Origin: Dendrobates tinctorius
Lineage: Eukaryota
Direction of reading: 5' to 3'
Length of the DNA stretch: 64,000 nucleotides
Assembly (NCBI RefSeq): GCF_039654945.1
Contig: NW_027361677.1
Coordinates: 24,118,001 to 24,182,000, forward strand
Program-made: the position numbers and the translations under genes
The notes under the pieces: generated by a model
The model's database searches: none
What the model saw: the letters and a program-made list of their open reading frames with translations, nothing else
Told to the model about the DNA's origin: nothing
Shown here: piece by piece, positions 49,301-61,154 of the stretch
How positions within the stretch are numbered: position 1 is the first letter of the stretch
How the letters are laid out: each line of letters starts with the position of its first letter

Positions 49301-52036
49301 TATAATACACAGGATATAATGTACAGGGGGAGGAGTAGCAGGGTATAATGTACAGGGGGCGGGGCAGGAGGGTATAATCCACAGGATATAATGTACAGGG
49401 GGAGGAGTAGCAGGGTATAATCCACAGGATATAATGTACAGGGGGGAGGGTATAATGTACAGGGGGAGGGGCAGGAGGGTATAATCCACAGGATATAATG
49501 TACAGGGGGAGAGGCAGGAGTGTATAATACACAGGATATAATGTACAGGGTGAGGAGTAGCAGGGTATAATGTACAGGGGGAGGGGCAGGAGTGTATAAT
49601 ATACAGGATATAATGTACAGGGGGAGGGGCAGGAGTGTATAATACACAGGATATAATGTACAGGGTGAGGAGTAGCAGGGTATAATGTACAGGGGGAGGG
49701 GCAGGAGTGTATAATCCACAGGATATAATGTACAGGGGGAGGAGTAGCAGGGTATAATCCACAGGGTATAATGTACAGGGGGGAGGGTATAATGTACAGG
49801 GGGAGGGGCAGGAGGGTATAATCCACAGGATATAATGTACAGGGGGAGGGGCAGGAGTGTATAATACACAGGATATAATGTACAGGGGGAGGAGTAGCAG
49901 GGTATAATGTACAGGGGGCGGGGCAGGAGGGTATAATCCACAGGATATAATGTACAGGGGGAGGAGTAGCAGGGTATAATCCACAGGGTATAATGTACAG
50001 GGGGGAGGGTATAATGTACAGGGGGAGGGGCAGGAGGGTATAATCCACAGGATATAATGTACAGGGGGAGAGGCAGGAGTGTATAATACACAGGATATAA
50101 TGTACAGGGTGAGGAGTAGCAGGGTATAATGTACAGGGGGAGGGGCAGGAGTGTATAATACACAGGATATAATGTACAGGGGGAGGGGCAGGAGTGTATA
50201 ATACACAGGATATAATGTACAGGGTGAGGAGTAGCAGGGTATAATGTACAGGGGGAGGGGCAGGAGTGTATAATCCACAGGATATAATGTACAGGGGGAG
50301 GAGTAGCAGGGTATAATCCACAGGGTATAATGTACAGGGGGGAGGGTATAATGTACAGGGGGAGGGGCAGGAGGGTATAATCCACAGGATATAATGTACA
50401 GGGGGAGGGGCAGGAGTGTATAATACACAGGATATAATGTACAGGGGGAGGAGTAGCAGGGTATAATGTACAGGGGGCGGGGCAGGAGGGTATAATCCAC
50501 AGGATATAATGTACAGGGGGAGGAGTAGCAGGGTATAATCCACAGGGTATAATGTACAGGGGGGAGGGTATAATGTACAGGGGGAGGGGCAGGAGGGTAT
50601 AATCCACAGGATATAATGTACAGGGGGAGAGGCAGGAGTGTATAATACACAGGATATAATGTACAGGGTGAGGAGTAGCAGGGTATAATGTACAGGGGGA
50701 GGGGCAGGAGTGTATAATACACAGGATATAATGTACAGGGGGAGGGGTAGGAGTGTATAATACACAGGATATAATGTACAGGGTGAGGAGTAGCAGGGTA
50801 TAATGTACAGGGGGAGGGGCAGGGGGGTATAATCCACAGGATATAATGTACAGGGGGAGGGGCAGGAGTGTATAATACACAGGATATAAAGTACAGGGTG
50901 AGGAGTAGCAGGGTATAATGTACAGGGGGAGGGGCAGGAGTGTATAATACACAGGATATAATGTACAGGGGGAGGGGCAGGAGTGTATAATACACAGGAT
51001 ATAATGTACAGGGTGAGGAGTAGCAGGGTATAATGTGCAGGGGGGTATAATCCACAGGATATAATGTACAGGGGGAGGAGTAGCAGGGTATAATGTACAG
51101 GAGGAGGGGCAGGAGGGTATAATGTACAGGAGGAGGGGCAGGAGGGTATAATACACAGGATATAATGTACAGGGGGAGGAGTAGCAGGGTATAATGTACA
51201 GGAGGAGGGGCAGGAGGGTATAATACACAGGATATAATGTACAGGGGGAGGAGTAGCAGGGTATAATGTACAGGGGGAGGGGCAGGAGTGTATAATACAC
51301 AGGATATAATGTACAGGGGGAGGGGTAGGAGTGTATAATACACAGGATATAATGTACAGGGTGAGGAGTAGCAGGGTATAATGTACAGGGGGAGGGGCAG
51401 GGGGGTATAATCCACAGGATATAATGTACAGGGGGAGGGGCAGGAGTGTATAATACACAGGATATAATGTACAGGGGGAGGAGTAGCAGGGTATAATGTA
51501 CAGGGGGAGGGGCAGGGGGGTATAATCCACAGGATATAATGTACAGGGGGAGGGGCAGGAGTGTATAATACACAGGATATAATGTACAGGGGGAGGAGTA
51601 GCAGGGTATAATGTACAGGGGGAGGGGCAGGGGGGTATAATCCACAGGATATAATGTACAGGGGGAGGGGCAGGAGTGTATAATACACAGGATATAATGT
51701 ACAGGGGGAGGAGTAGCAGGGTATAATGTACAGGGGGAGGGGCAGGGGGGTATAATACACAGGATATAATGTACAGGGGGAGGGGCAGGAGTGTATAATA
51801 CACAGGATATAATGTACAGGGGGAGGAGTAGCAGGGTATAATGTACAGGAGGAGGGGCAGGAGGGTATAATACAGAGGACGGAGGGGGCAGTATTGCAGT
51901 GTATAGGCCTGGCGGACATGACAGGACGCGACCTGTCCTCTGTCGTGACATGGCAGCACAGTGTCGGTGACCGGTCAGGTGTCGGGGCCCCCGGTCTCTC
52001 ACCCAGTGCGTGGTCTTCCTTGAACATCCACTTCAT
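46314..52036 (-). CDS. GABARAPL2: GABA(A) receptor-associated protein-like 2 (GATE-16, ATG8 family), 117 aa
   Basis: Exons 52036-52003, 47984-47929, 47342-47170 and 46404-46314 total 354 nt, all GT-AG. Translation: [117 protein letters not shown]. Confidence 0.99.
48925..51880. repeat. ~3 kb complex minisatellite (TATAATGTACAGGGGGAGGGGCAGGAG / TATAATCCACAGGA modules) in GABARAPL2 intron 1
   Basis: Tandem modules with a higher-order period of ~559 bp (marker GAGAGGCAGG at ~49509, 50068 and 50627). Confidence 0.97.
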
Positions 52037-52080
52037 GTTCCCGAGCACAGAGAGCAACGACAACAACAACAGGGCGGGGC

Positions 52081-52245
52081 CTTCTCTGACGTCACTTCCG
52101 CGGTAAAAAGCTTTCTGTTCTGTGACTCCTCCTACAATTGAAGGAGAGCAGGGAGGAGTCGCGTGTGACGTGCTGCCCGCGCCGCTGACGTCATCCCGAA
52201 CCGCCAGGTCACAGGGCACGCTGTCAGAGGGTGGTCACGTGTCAC
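52081..52245 (-). promoter_or_regulatory. GABARAPL2 promoter: overlapping ETS-CRE, second CRE, CLEAR-like E-box
   Basis: TGACGTCACTTCCG at 52087-52100, TGACGTCA at 52186-52193 and GTCACGTGTC at 52234-52243. Confidence 0.65.
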
Positions 52246-52384
52246 ATTCTGCTGTCAGTGACCCCGAGGCCAAGGATCAGCCTGAGCGAACACCAAAGTG
52301 TCACCACCGACAGCAGGAGCCTCTAGATACAGCACACGGATCACAAGTGGTGGAGATGGGCCCCTAACACCTGCTGACTGCAAC

Positions 52385-53060
52385 CCAGACCCCTAATGTA
52401 TAGAGACCCCAGACCAGACCCCTAATGTATAGAGACCCCAGACCCCTAATGTATAGAGACCCCAGACCAGACCCCCTAATGTATAGAGACCCCAGACCAG
52501 ACTCCTAATGTATGGAGACACCAGACCAGACCCCTAATGTATAGAGACCCCAGACCAGACTCCTAATGTATGGAGACACCAGACCAGACCCCTAATGTAT
52601 AGAGACCCCAGACCAGACTCCTAATGTATGGAGACACCAGACCAGACCCCTAATGTATAGAGACCCCAGACCAGACCCCTAATGTATAGAGACCCCAGAC
52701 CAGACCCCTAATGTATGAAGACACTAGACCCCTAATCTATGGAGACCCCAGACCCCTAATGTATAGAGACCCCAGACCCCTAATGTATGGAGACCCCAGA
52801 CCAGACCCCTAATGTATGGAGACCCCAGACCAGACCCCTAATGTATGGAGACCCCAGACCCCTAATGTATGGAGACCCCAGACCAGACCCCTAATGTATG
52901 GAGACCCCAGACCAGACCCCTAATGTATGGAGACCCCTGACCAGATCCCTAATGTATGGAGACCCCAGACCAGACCCCTAATGTATAGAGACCCCCGACC
53001 AGATGCCTAAGCTAATGCAGATCCCAGACCAGACCCCTAAACTAACACAGACCCCTAGTC
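52385..53060. repeat. 29-bp minisatellite (CCCTAATGTATRGAGACCCCAGACCAGAC)n
   Basis: About 23 direct copies, some 24 bp. Confidence 0.95.
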
Positions 53061-53222
53061 CGCTATTCTGCCTGTAGGTGATCACTTTTCACAAGACAAG
53101 CCTTCATGAAAGTTCAGCAACTTTCTAATATCTGAATGTTCCTTTTCCCACTATTTGCCCCCGCGGTGGCTAACCCTCATGCACCACTTGTTATTCTGAT
53201 GGATTGCTACAATGTATCAGTG

Positions 53223-53471
53223 CAGGCTCGTACTGGCCCATAGGGTAACAGGAATTCCCCACTGGGCCCCTGTGCAGATCTGGAGCCCCTACCCCACTGT
53301 ATGGGCAGTACTTGGCATAATTCAATTGATTCTGTATAGAAAAAGGCAACATCTATATATTATATAGAGATATAGGTACATTTATGGACAAGGGTAGTGT
53401 GATATTTGTATGCAAGTGGGCCCCCAAAGTCCGTGTCACTGGTGGGCCCTTGGCACCCCAGGCCAACACTG
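53223..53471. mobile_element. Small hAT-type MITE
   Basis: Perfect 8-bp TSD TATCAGTG (53215-53222, 53472-53479) and CAG...CTG termini. Confidence 0.7.
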
Positions 53472-53716
53472 TATCAGTGGATGTGACCGGACACAGGAGC
53501 AGAGTCAGCAGTGAGCTCAGGTGTGGAGGTTACATTAGCGGAGATCTCACACATGGTGGGGAAATAACGCACACTAAAAAGCCACAGGAGCTGTAGAGGC
53601 GCCGCGGGCGACCCCTCCACTATGTCCGTATGATATTTCTACATCCCGCAGCACTGTACAATGACCCTGTATAAGCCCCAGTATTACCAATGGGACAGGC
53701 GGAGGGGAGAATAAGA

Positions 53717-56700
53717 GGGCAGCACCCAGTGAGGGGCAGTGAGCACCCAGTCAGGAGCAGTGAGCACCCAGTGAGGAGCAGTGAGCACCCAGTCAGGAGC
53801 AGTGAGCACCCAGTCAGGAGCAGTGAGCACCCAGTGACGGGCAGTGAACACCCAGTGACGGGCAGTGAACACCCAGTCAGGAGCAGTGAGCACCCAGTCA
53901 GGAGCAGTGAGCACCCAGTGATGGGCAGTGAGCACCCATTCAGGAGCAGTGAGCACCCAGTGACGGGCAGTGAGCACCCAGTGACGGGCAGTGAGCACCC
54001 AGTGACGGGCAGTGAGCACCCAGTGACGGGCAGTGAGCACCCAGTCAGGAGCAGTGAGCACCCAGTGACGGGCAGTGAGCACCCAGTGACGGGCAGTAAG
54101 CACCCAGTGACGGGCAGTGAGCACCCAGTCAGGAGCAGTGAGCACCCAGTGACGGGCAGTGAGCACCCAGTGACGGGCAGTGAGCACCCAGTCAGGGGCA
54201 GTGAGCACCCAGTGACGGGCAGTGAGCACCCAGTGACGGGCAGTGAGCACCCAGTCAGGAGCAGTGAGCACCCAGTGACGGGCAGTGAGCACCCAGTCAG
54301 GAGCAGTGAGCACCCAGTCAGGAGCAGTGAGCACCCAGTGACGGGCAGTGAGCACCCAGTGACGGGCAGTGAGCACCCAGTGACGGGCAGTGAGCACCCA
54401 GTGACGGGCAGTAAGCACCCAGTCAGGAGCAGTGAGCACCCAGTGACGGGCAGTGAGCACCCAGTGACGGGCAGTGAGCACCCAGTGAGGAGCAGTGAGC
54501 AACCAGTGACGGGCAGTGAGCAACCAGTGACGGGCAGTGAGCAACCAGTGACGGGCAGTGAGCAACCAGTGACGGGCAGTGAGCACCCAGTCAGGAGCAG
54601 TGAGCACCCAGTGACGGGCAGTGAGCACCCAGTCAGGAGCAGTGAGCACCCAGTGAGGAGCAGTGAGCACCCAGTGACGGGCAGTGAGCACCCAGTGACG
54701 GGCAGTGAGCACCCAGTCAGGAGCAGTGAGCACCCAGTCAGGAGCAGTGAGCACCCAGTGACGGGCAGTAAGCACCCAGTGAGGAGCAGTGAGCACCCAG
54801 TGACGGGCAGTGAGCACCCAGTGAGGAGCAGTGAGCACCCAGTGACGGGCAGTGAGCACCCAGTGACGGGCAGTGAGCACCCAGTCAGGAGCAGTGAGCA
54901 CCCAGTCAGGAGCAGTGAGCACCCAGTGACGGGCAGTGAGCACCCAGTGAGGAGCAGTGAGCACCCAGTGACGGGCAGTGAGCACCCAGTGACGGGCAGT
55001 GAGCACCCAGTCAGGAGCAGTGAGCACCCAGTCAGGAGCAGTGAGCACCCAGTGACGGGCAGTAAGCACCCAGTGAGGAGCAGTGAGCACCCAGTGACGG
55101 GCAGTGAGCACCCAGTGACGGGCAGTGAGCACCCAGTCAGGAGCAGTGAGCACCCAGTGACGGGCAGTGAGCACCCAGTCAGGAGCAGTGAGCACCCAGT
55201 GACGGGCAGTGAGCACCCAGTGACGGGCAGTGAGCACCCAGTGACGGGCAGTGAGCACCCAGTCAGGAGCAGTGAGCACCCAGTGACGGGCAGTAAGCAC
55301 CCAGTGAGGAGCAGTGAGCACCCAGTGACGGGCAGTGAGCACCCAGTGACGGGCAGTGAGCACCCAGTCAGGAGCAGTGAGCACCCAGTGACGGGCAGTG
55401 AGCACCCAGTCAGGAGCAGTGAGCACCCAGTCAGGAGCAGTGAGCACCCAGTGACGGGCAGTGAGCACCCAGTCAGGAGCAGTGAGCACCCAGTGACGGG
55501 CAGTGAGCACCCAGTCAGGAGCAGTGAGCACCCAGTGACGGGCAGTGAGCACCCAGTCAGGAGCAGTGAGCACCCAGTGACGGGCAGTGAGCACCCAGTG
55601 ACGGGCAGTGAGCACCCAGTGACGGGCAGTGAGCACCCAGTGACGGGCAGTAAGCACCCAGTCAGGAGCAGTGAGCACCCAGTGACGGGCAGTGAGCACC
55701 CAGTGACGGGCAGTGAGCACCCAGTGAGGAGCAGTGAGCACCCAGTGACGGGCAGTGAGCAACCAGTGACGGGCAGTGAGCAACCAGTGACGGGCAGTGA
55801 GCACCCAGTCAGGAGCAGTGAGCACCCAGTGACGGGCAGTGAGCACCCAGTCAGGAGCAGTGAGCACCCAGTGAGGAGCAGTGAGCACCCAGTCAGGAGC
55901 AGTGAGCACCCAGTCAGGAGCAGTGAGCACCCAGTCAGGAGCAGTGAGCACCCAGTGACGGGCAGTAAGCACCCAGTGAGGAGCAGTGAGCACCCAGTGA
56001 CGGGCAGTGAGCACCCAGTGACGGGCAGTGAGCACCCAGTCAGGAGCAGTGAGCACCCAGTGACGGGCAGTAAGCACCCAGTGAGGGGCAGTGAGCACCC
56101 AGTGACGGGCAGTGAGCACCCAGTGACGGGCAGTGAGCACCCAGTCAGGAGCAGTGAGCACCCAGTGACGGGCAGTGAGCACCCAGTCAGGAGCAGTGAG
56201 CACCCAGTCAGGAGCAGTGAGCACCCAGTGACGGGCAGTGAGCACCCAGTCAGGAGCAGTGAGCACCCAGTGACGGGCAGTGAGCACCCAGTCAGGAGCA
56301 GTGAGCACCCAGTGACGGGCAGTGAGCACCCAGTCAGGAGCAGTGAGCACCCAGTGACGGGCAGTGAGCACCCAGTGACGGGCAGTGAGCACCCAGTGAC
56401 GGGCAGTGAGCACCCAGTGACGGGCAGTAAGCACCCAGTCAGGAGCAGTGAGCACCCAGTGACGGGCAGTGAGCACCCAGTGACGGGCAGTGAGCACCCA
56501 GTGAGGAGCAGTGAGCACCCAGTGACGGGCAGTGAGCAACCAGTGACGGGCAGTGAGCAACCAGTGACGGGCAGTGAGCAACCAGTGACGGGCAGTGAGC
56601 AACCCAGTCAGGAGCAGTGAGCACCCAGTCAGGAGCAGTGAGCACCCAGTGACGGGCAGTGAGCACCCAGTCAGGAGCAGTGAGCACCCAGTGAGGAGCA

Positions 56701-57298
56701 GTGAGCACCCAGTGACGGGCAGTGAGCACCCAGTCAGGAGCAGTGAGCACCCAGTCAGGAGCAGTGAGCACCCAGTGACGGGCAGTAAGCACCCAGTGAG
56801 GAGCAGTGAGCACCCAGTGACGGGCAGTGAGCACCCAGTGAGGAGCAGTGAGCACCCAGTGACGGGCAGTGAGCACCCAGTGACGGGCAGTGAGCACCCA
56901 GTCAGGAGCAGTGAGCACCCAGTGACGGGCAGTGAGCACCCAGTGAGGAGCAGTGAGCACCCAGTGACGGGCAGTGAGCACCCAGTGACGGGCAGTGAGC
57001 ACCCAGTGAGGAGCAGTGAGCACCCAGTGACGGGCAGTGAGCACCCAGTGACGGGCAGTGAGCACCCAGTGACGGGCAGTGAGCACCCAGTCAGGAGCAG
57101 TGAGCACCCAGTGACGGGCAGTGAGCACCCAGTGACGGGCAGTGAGCACCCAGTCAGGAGCAGTGAGCACCCAGTGACGGGCAGTAAGCACCCAGTGAGG
57201 AGCAGTGAGCACCCAGTGACGGGCAGTGAGCACCCAGTCAGGAGCAGTGAGCACCCAGTGACGGGCAGTGAGCACCCAGTCAGGAGCAGTGAGCACCC
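53717..57298. repeat. 21-bp minisatellite, ~170 copies (CAGTGAGCACCCAGT-GACGGG / -CAGGAG / -GAGGAG variants)
   Basis: Highly homogeneous tandem array between the divergent GABARAPL2 and TMEM231 promoters. Confidence 0.98.
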
Positions 57299-57487
57299 AC
57301 TGGCATCCTGTGCCCTCCTCCTCCTGCTGAACCTCAACCTCCAGCAGCCTCTGGTGTGAGGAACGCGACAGAGACGCACAGCGCTGTGTCTGTACAGTGT
57401 GCCTATACAGGATGCCCAGGATCACGTGGTCAGACACAGCTTCCGGTGTGCTGCAGGTCACTCCTGTGTTTCCGGTTGGTGGCGTCC

Positions 57488-57501
57488 GTTTCTATGGAGA
57501 C
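57488..57501 (+). promoter_or_regulatory. RFX X-box in the TMEM231 promoter
   Basis: GTTTCTATGGAGAC is close to the X-box consensus GTTNCCATGGNAAC. It lies in a CpG-rich patch with TTCCGG ETS sites, upstream of a ciliary gene. Confidence 0.65.
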
Positions 57502-57594
57502 CGCAGTATGGAGAGCGCGCGCTTAGGATCCTCTACAAGCGGTAACCGCGGGGGGGGTATAGAGGGGTGCAGGGGAGGGCCGTATATAGAGTTA

Positions 57595-58095
57595 TTACAG
57601 GGGAGGAGGAGGGGGGTATATAGAGGTACAGGGGAGGAGGAGGGGGGTATATAGAGGTACAGGGGAGGAGGAGGTGGGTATATAGAGGTACAGGGGAGGA
57701 GGAGGGGGGTATATAGAGGTACAGGGGAGGAGGAGGAGGGGGGTATATAGAGGTACAGGGGAGGTGGGTTTATAGAGGTACAGGGGAGGGGGAGGTGGGT
57801 ATATAGAGGTACAGGGGAGGAGGAGGGGGTTATATAGAGGTACAGGGGAGGAGGAGGTGGGTATATAGAGGTACAGGGGAGGAGGAGGGGGGTATATAGA
57901 GGTACAGGGGAGGAGGAGGAGGGGGGTATATAGAGGTACAGGGGAGGTGGGTTTATAGAGGTACAGGGGAGGGGGAGGTGGGTATATAGAGGTACAGGGG
58001 AGGAGGAGGGGGGTATATAGAGGTACAGGGGAGGAGGAGGGGGGCATATAGAGGTACAGGGGAGGAGGGCGGTATATAGAGGTACAGGGGGAGTA
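57595..58095. repeat. ~30-bp G-rich minisatellite (GGTATATAGAGGTACAGGGGAGGAGGAGGG)n
   Basis: About 16 direct copies. Confidence 0.93.
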
Positions 58096-58386
58096 TATAA
58101 AGGTACATCAATACCCCTCCTGCGTGTATATAGAGAGTAGATGCGGGTGAAGTGTGAGAATAGGTGGTTGTTATATAGAGGTAGGTGCCCAACACAGTAT
58201 GAGACCCCATATGGTGCAGTGGGGGGGGGGGGTATCCTCCAGTTGTGTGTGTGTGTGTGGGGGGGTATCCTCATCGTCCTCTTTATAATCTGATCCTAAT
58301 GCAGGAGGATCTCTGTGAAGCACAAGAGGGTCCAGACACTAAAAGAATAAACCCTGACGAGGTGCGGACCCCCTACATCCCCCACC

Positions 58387-60405
58387 ATGGCGATCTATGA
58401 AGTGTACTCTCACCCGCTACTTGTCAGATACAGGACCAGTATCTGCTCCAAAGCCACACTCTTCCTCCTGGTGGTGCTGCTGTTGACATACATCCCTCCA
58501 CTGTTAGTGGCCTACCGCAGCCAGGGTGAGACCGCCGCCTGCCCCCCATCGCTGCGCTCAGCAGGTTTCAGTATTGTCAATCTGTTCTGTTTCTTCCAGG
58601 GTTCTGGTTGAAGCAGAGCACGTACGAGGAACAGCCCAACGTCCGTTTCCGCTACGAGGCCCTACTCGTCGCGATCACCAGCAGTAGTGGGGGTTATGTG
58701 GCTTGGAGCACATTTCAAGGCTTCAACAACCTAGCGGGGGACCGGCTCCGGATACCCCAAGTGTCGGTACGTAGCTCACATCTAAACACTTTGGTGCTTC
58801 ATGTACTTGTCCTGCAGAACCGTTCACAAATTACTATGAGTCACTTGCATCTCGTAGGTTCGAGAAGAGGATAAAAACCAAGATGGGAAGATGGAGCAGC
58901 TGAGTTTCAGTTTGGAGCTGCCTTTGTTACCAGTGGAGGACGTCTATGGGGTTCAGCTAATCCTGACCTTCTCCTACCAGCTCTATGCAAGTGTGGGGAA
59001 CATGTACCGGGCGTGTAGAAGTATAAGGACTAGAGATGTGCCAAAACATTCCAGTGGAATCAAATTCTAGAAAATTCCAGTCACCAAAATGCACATTGTT
59101 TGGACCTCTCCGGCCCCCTCCGCTCCTCACCATCACCCCTCCAGGTCAGCAGCGTCTCCAGATCACCGCTGCTCGTGCTGAATTGCTTTGGGTTGGGGCT
59201 TGCTGGTTTCACTAGGCCTGGGAGGGTTCGTATGAGGGTATGGCGCATGTTATGATGCCATAACCTTTGGCTTGTGCAGAACCTTCCCCGATCTCTTCAG
59301 ATCAGAAGTCCAGGCCCTGAGTGACGCGAGCAGCAGCAATATTAAGATCTGACAAGGACAGGACAGGTGACGGTGAGGAGCGGAGGGTCCGGAGAGATGA
59401 GCGGTGGGGTGAGTATCAGGATTATTAGTTTTTTACATATTGCATTGATAATGCTTTGGGATTTGGAGAAACCCCAGATTATTGTAAGGGACATTAAATT
59501 TACGGACAATAACGTCTCTGCAAATCGAACAGGCAAATTCTAATTTTGCCTGATCCACTCATTTTTCATAAGACACTTATCTCACCTTTTATTCCCCAAC
59601 ACTTCTATGTGTCTCCATGGTGACAGACTACAAACAAGCCCTATTTGTAGTCAGATCATGCAGTCTGATCTGTGGATTGCTTTTTACCTACATAGATTAG
59701 TGAGAAGAATAACACATTACCACTAGTTTAGGCCTCACCATCCTCCCTGTAGCCATTCTTCCGGTCACTTTCATGTCCTCACGTTTTTACCTTTTGGGAG
59801 GTGTAATATATTTCTGCATTTGCTGATTCTTGCAGAGGATGTCCACATTTGTTATGCAGAGCATGGCGTTCGTCCAGTATACGTCTCCTGTTCCCGGGGC
59901 CAAGCTTTACATCAATGGAGACCTGAGGCTTCAGCAGAGACGACCTCTAAGACACCAGGGCCTGGACACCACCTACAATGTAAGATTCAGTCAGTTACTA
60001 TACGGGATCTGTCTTGCATTTTGCAAATTGTCAGCTGTGCGCCCCCTCTAAGGAGCTGTACTATTCAGGCTGCATTCGCCTATGACCCAGACTCAATAGC
60101 AAACCTGAGGCTGTCATGGAGGATCGTGGCCGGTCTGGGCATCAATCTGCCACACTCGGATGTGTGAATCCGGACTTAGACTGATTTCGGAGGGAGCCGC
60201 CAGTCATTTTGCAAATCAGGATACGTAGTGCAGCTGTGTCTGTTTGGACATATGGAAATAAGGGCCAGATGTGAGGATTATAGAGCAGGAATAATGTTTG
60301 TTTTTTCTGATTCCACGTGGCAGGTTTCTGTTATCAACGGAGCGAGCCCATTTGCAAGTTCTTACGATCTGATCAACATCCTGTCCGCTTATCAGGAGAG
60401 GAACG
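58387..60405 (+). CDS. TMEM231: Transmembrane protein 231 (ciliary transition zone, MKS module), coding exons 1-5; 3' exons not seen in the window
   Basis: Exons 58387-58525, 58600-58766, 58858-58986 (GC donor), 59836-59979 and 60324-60405. Translation: [10 protein letters not shown]...[25 protein letters not shown]...[10 protein letters not shown]...MQSMAF...GDLRLQQR...YQERN. Confidence 0.96.
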
Positions 60406-61154
60406 GTGAGTGCAAGACATTGAACTTCCACTTTCTTTGGATAGTGGAGCCTTATTCTGCAATCCAAGCAGATTTTATTTTCTGATTTGCACTGTGAGAA
60501 TTATAACGTTGGTTCCATTGATTGACTGTGCCGAGAGTACAAACCGCAGGGTCCCCCCCTCATCGTCAACCCCTCCTATGGAGAGGAAAAACGGCCAACG
60601 TACTGGGCAAGCGTCAGTCATGGACTCCACTGGTCCTGCCGTCTGTAATCGCTCGCTTTTAAGTCTTTACTCCATTTAACTTTTTATACTTAAAATTTTA
60701 CAAAAATGGCGCACCCCTTCTCTCTTTAAGGGAAAATTAATCTGGGTCCATCTATTGCCAATCACGTTCATGAGGAGAACAGGAAGTAAGAGTCTAATAT
60801 TTGTTATTTTTTATAATATACAGTAGATGTTTTGTTTTTTATATTACTATCAAAAGTGGGAAAAAAAGCAGAAAAACCTAAAAGGTCATTTTCTGATGAC
60901 ACATTCCTTTTAAACAATGGGGGTTCACTCCAATCAATATATTGTAAATGTCCCTTTAAAATGGTATTCCCACCTTATATAGTGATGGCGTATTGTTAGG
61001 GTACGCCGTTATTTTATGATTGATGGCGTCTGACCAACCCTGAGCGTGAAGTAGCCATCCCCTGAATAATTTTAACATAGCCATGAAACTTTATGGATTG
61101 CTACATGACCGCAGCATCAGAACCACTTTCGGCTCATGAGCGCGGCACATGACA

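Noticed and set aside
48819-52219. Three >1000-aa minus-strand ORFs
   Set aside because: They are translations of a stop-free intronic minisatellite. Only 52003-52036 is real GABARAPL2 coding sequence.
53684-57461. 976-1231 aa heptad-repeat ORFs on both strands
   Set aside because: Artefact of a 21-bp unit with no stops. A frameshift at ~56602 is tolerated and there is no splice or domain context.
59611-59624. Second X-box-like GTCTCCATGGTGAC in TMEM231 intron 3
   Set aside because: It is far from the promoter and lies in AT-rich, repeat-like context, so I cannot support a function.
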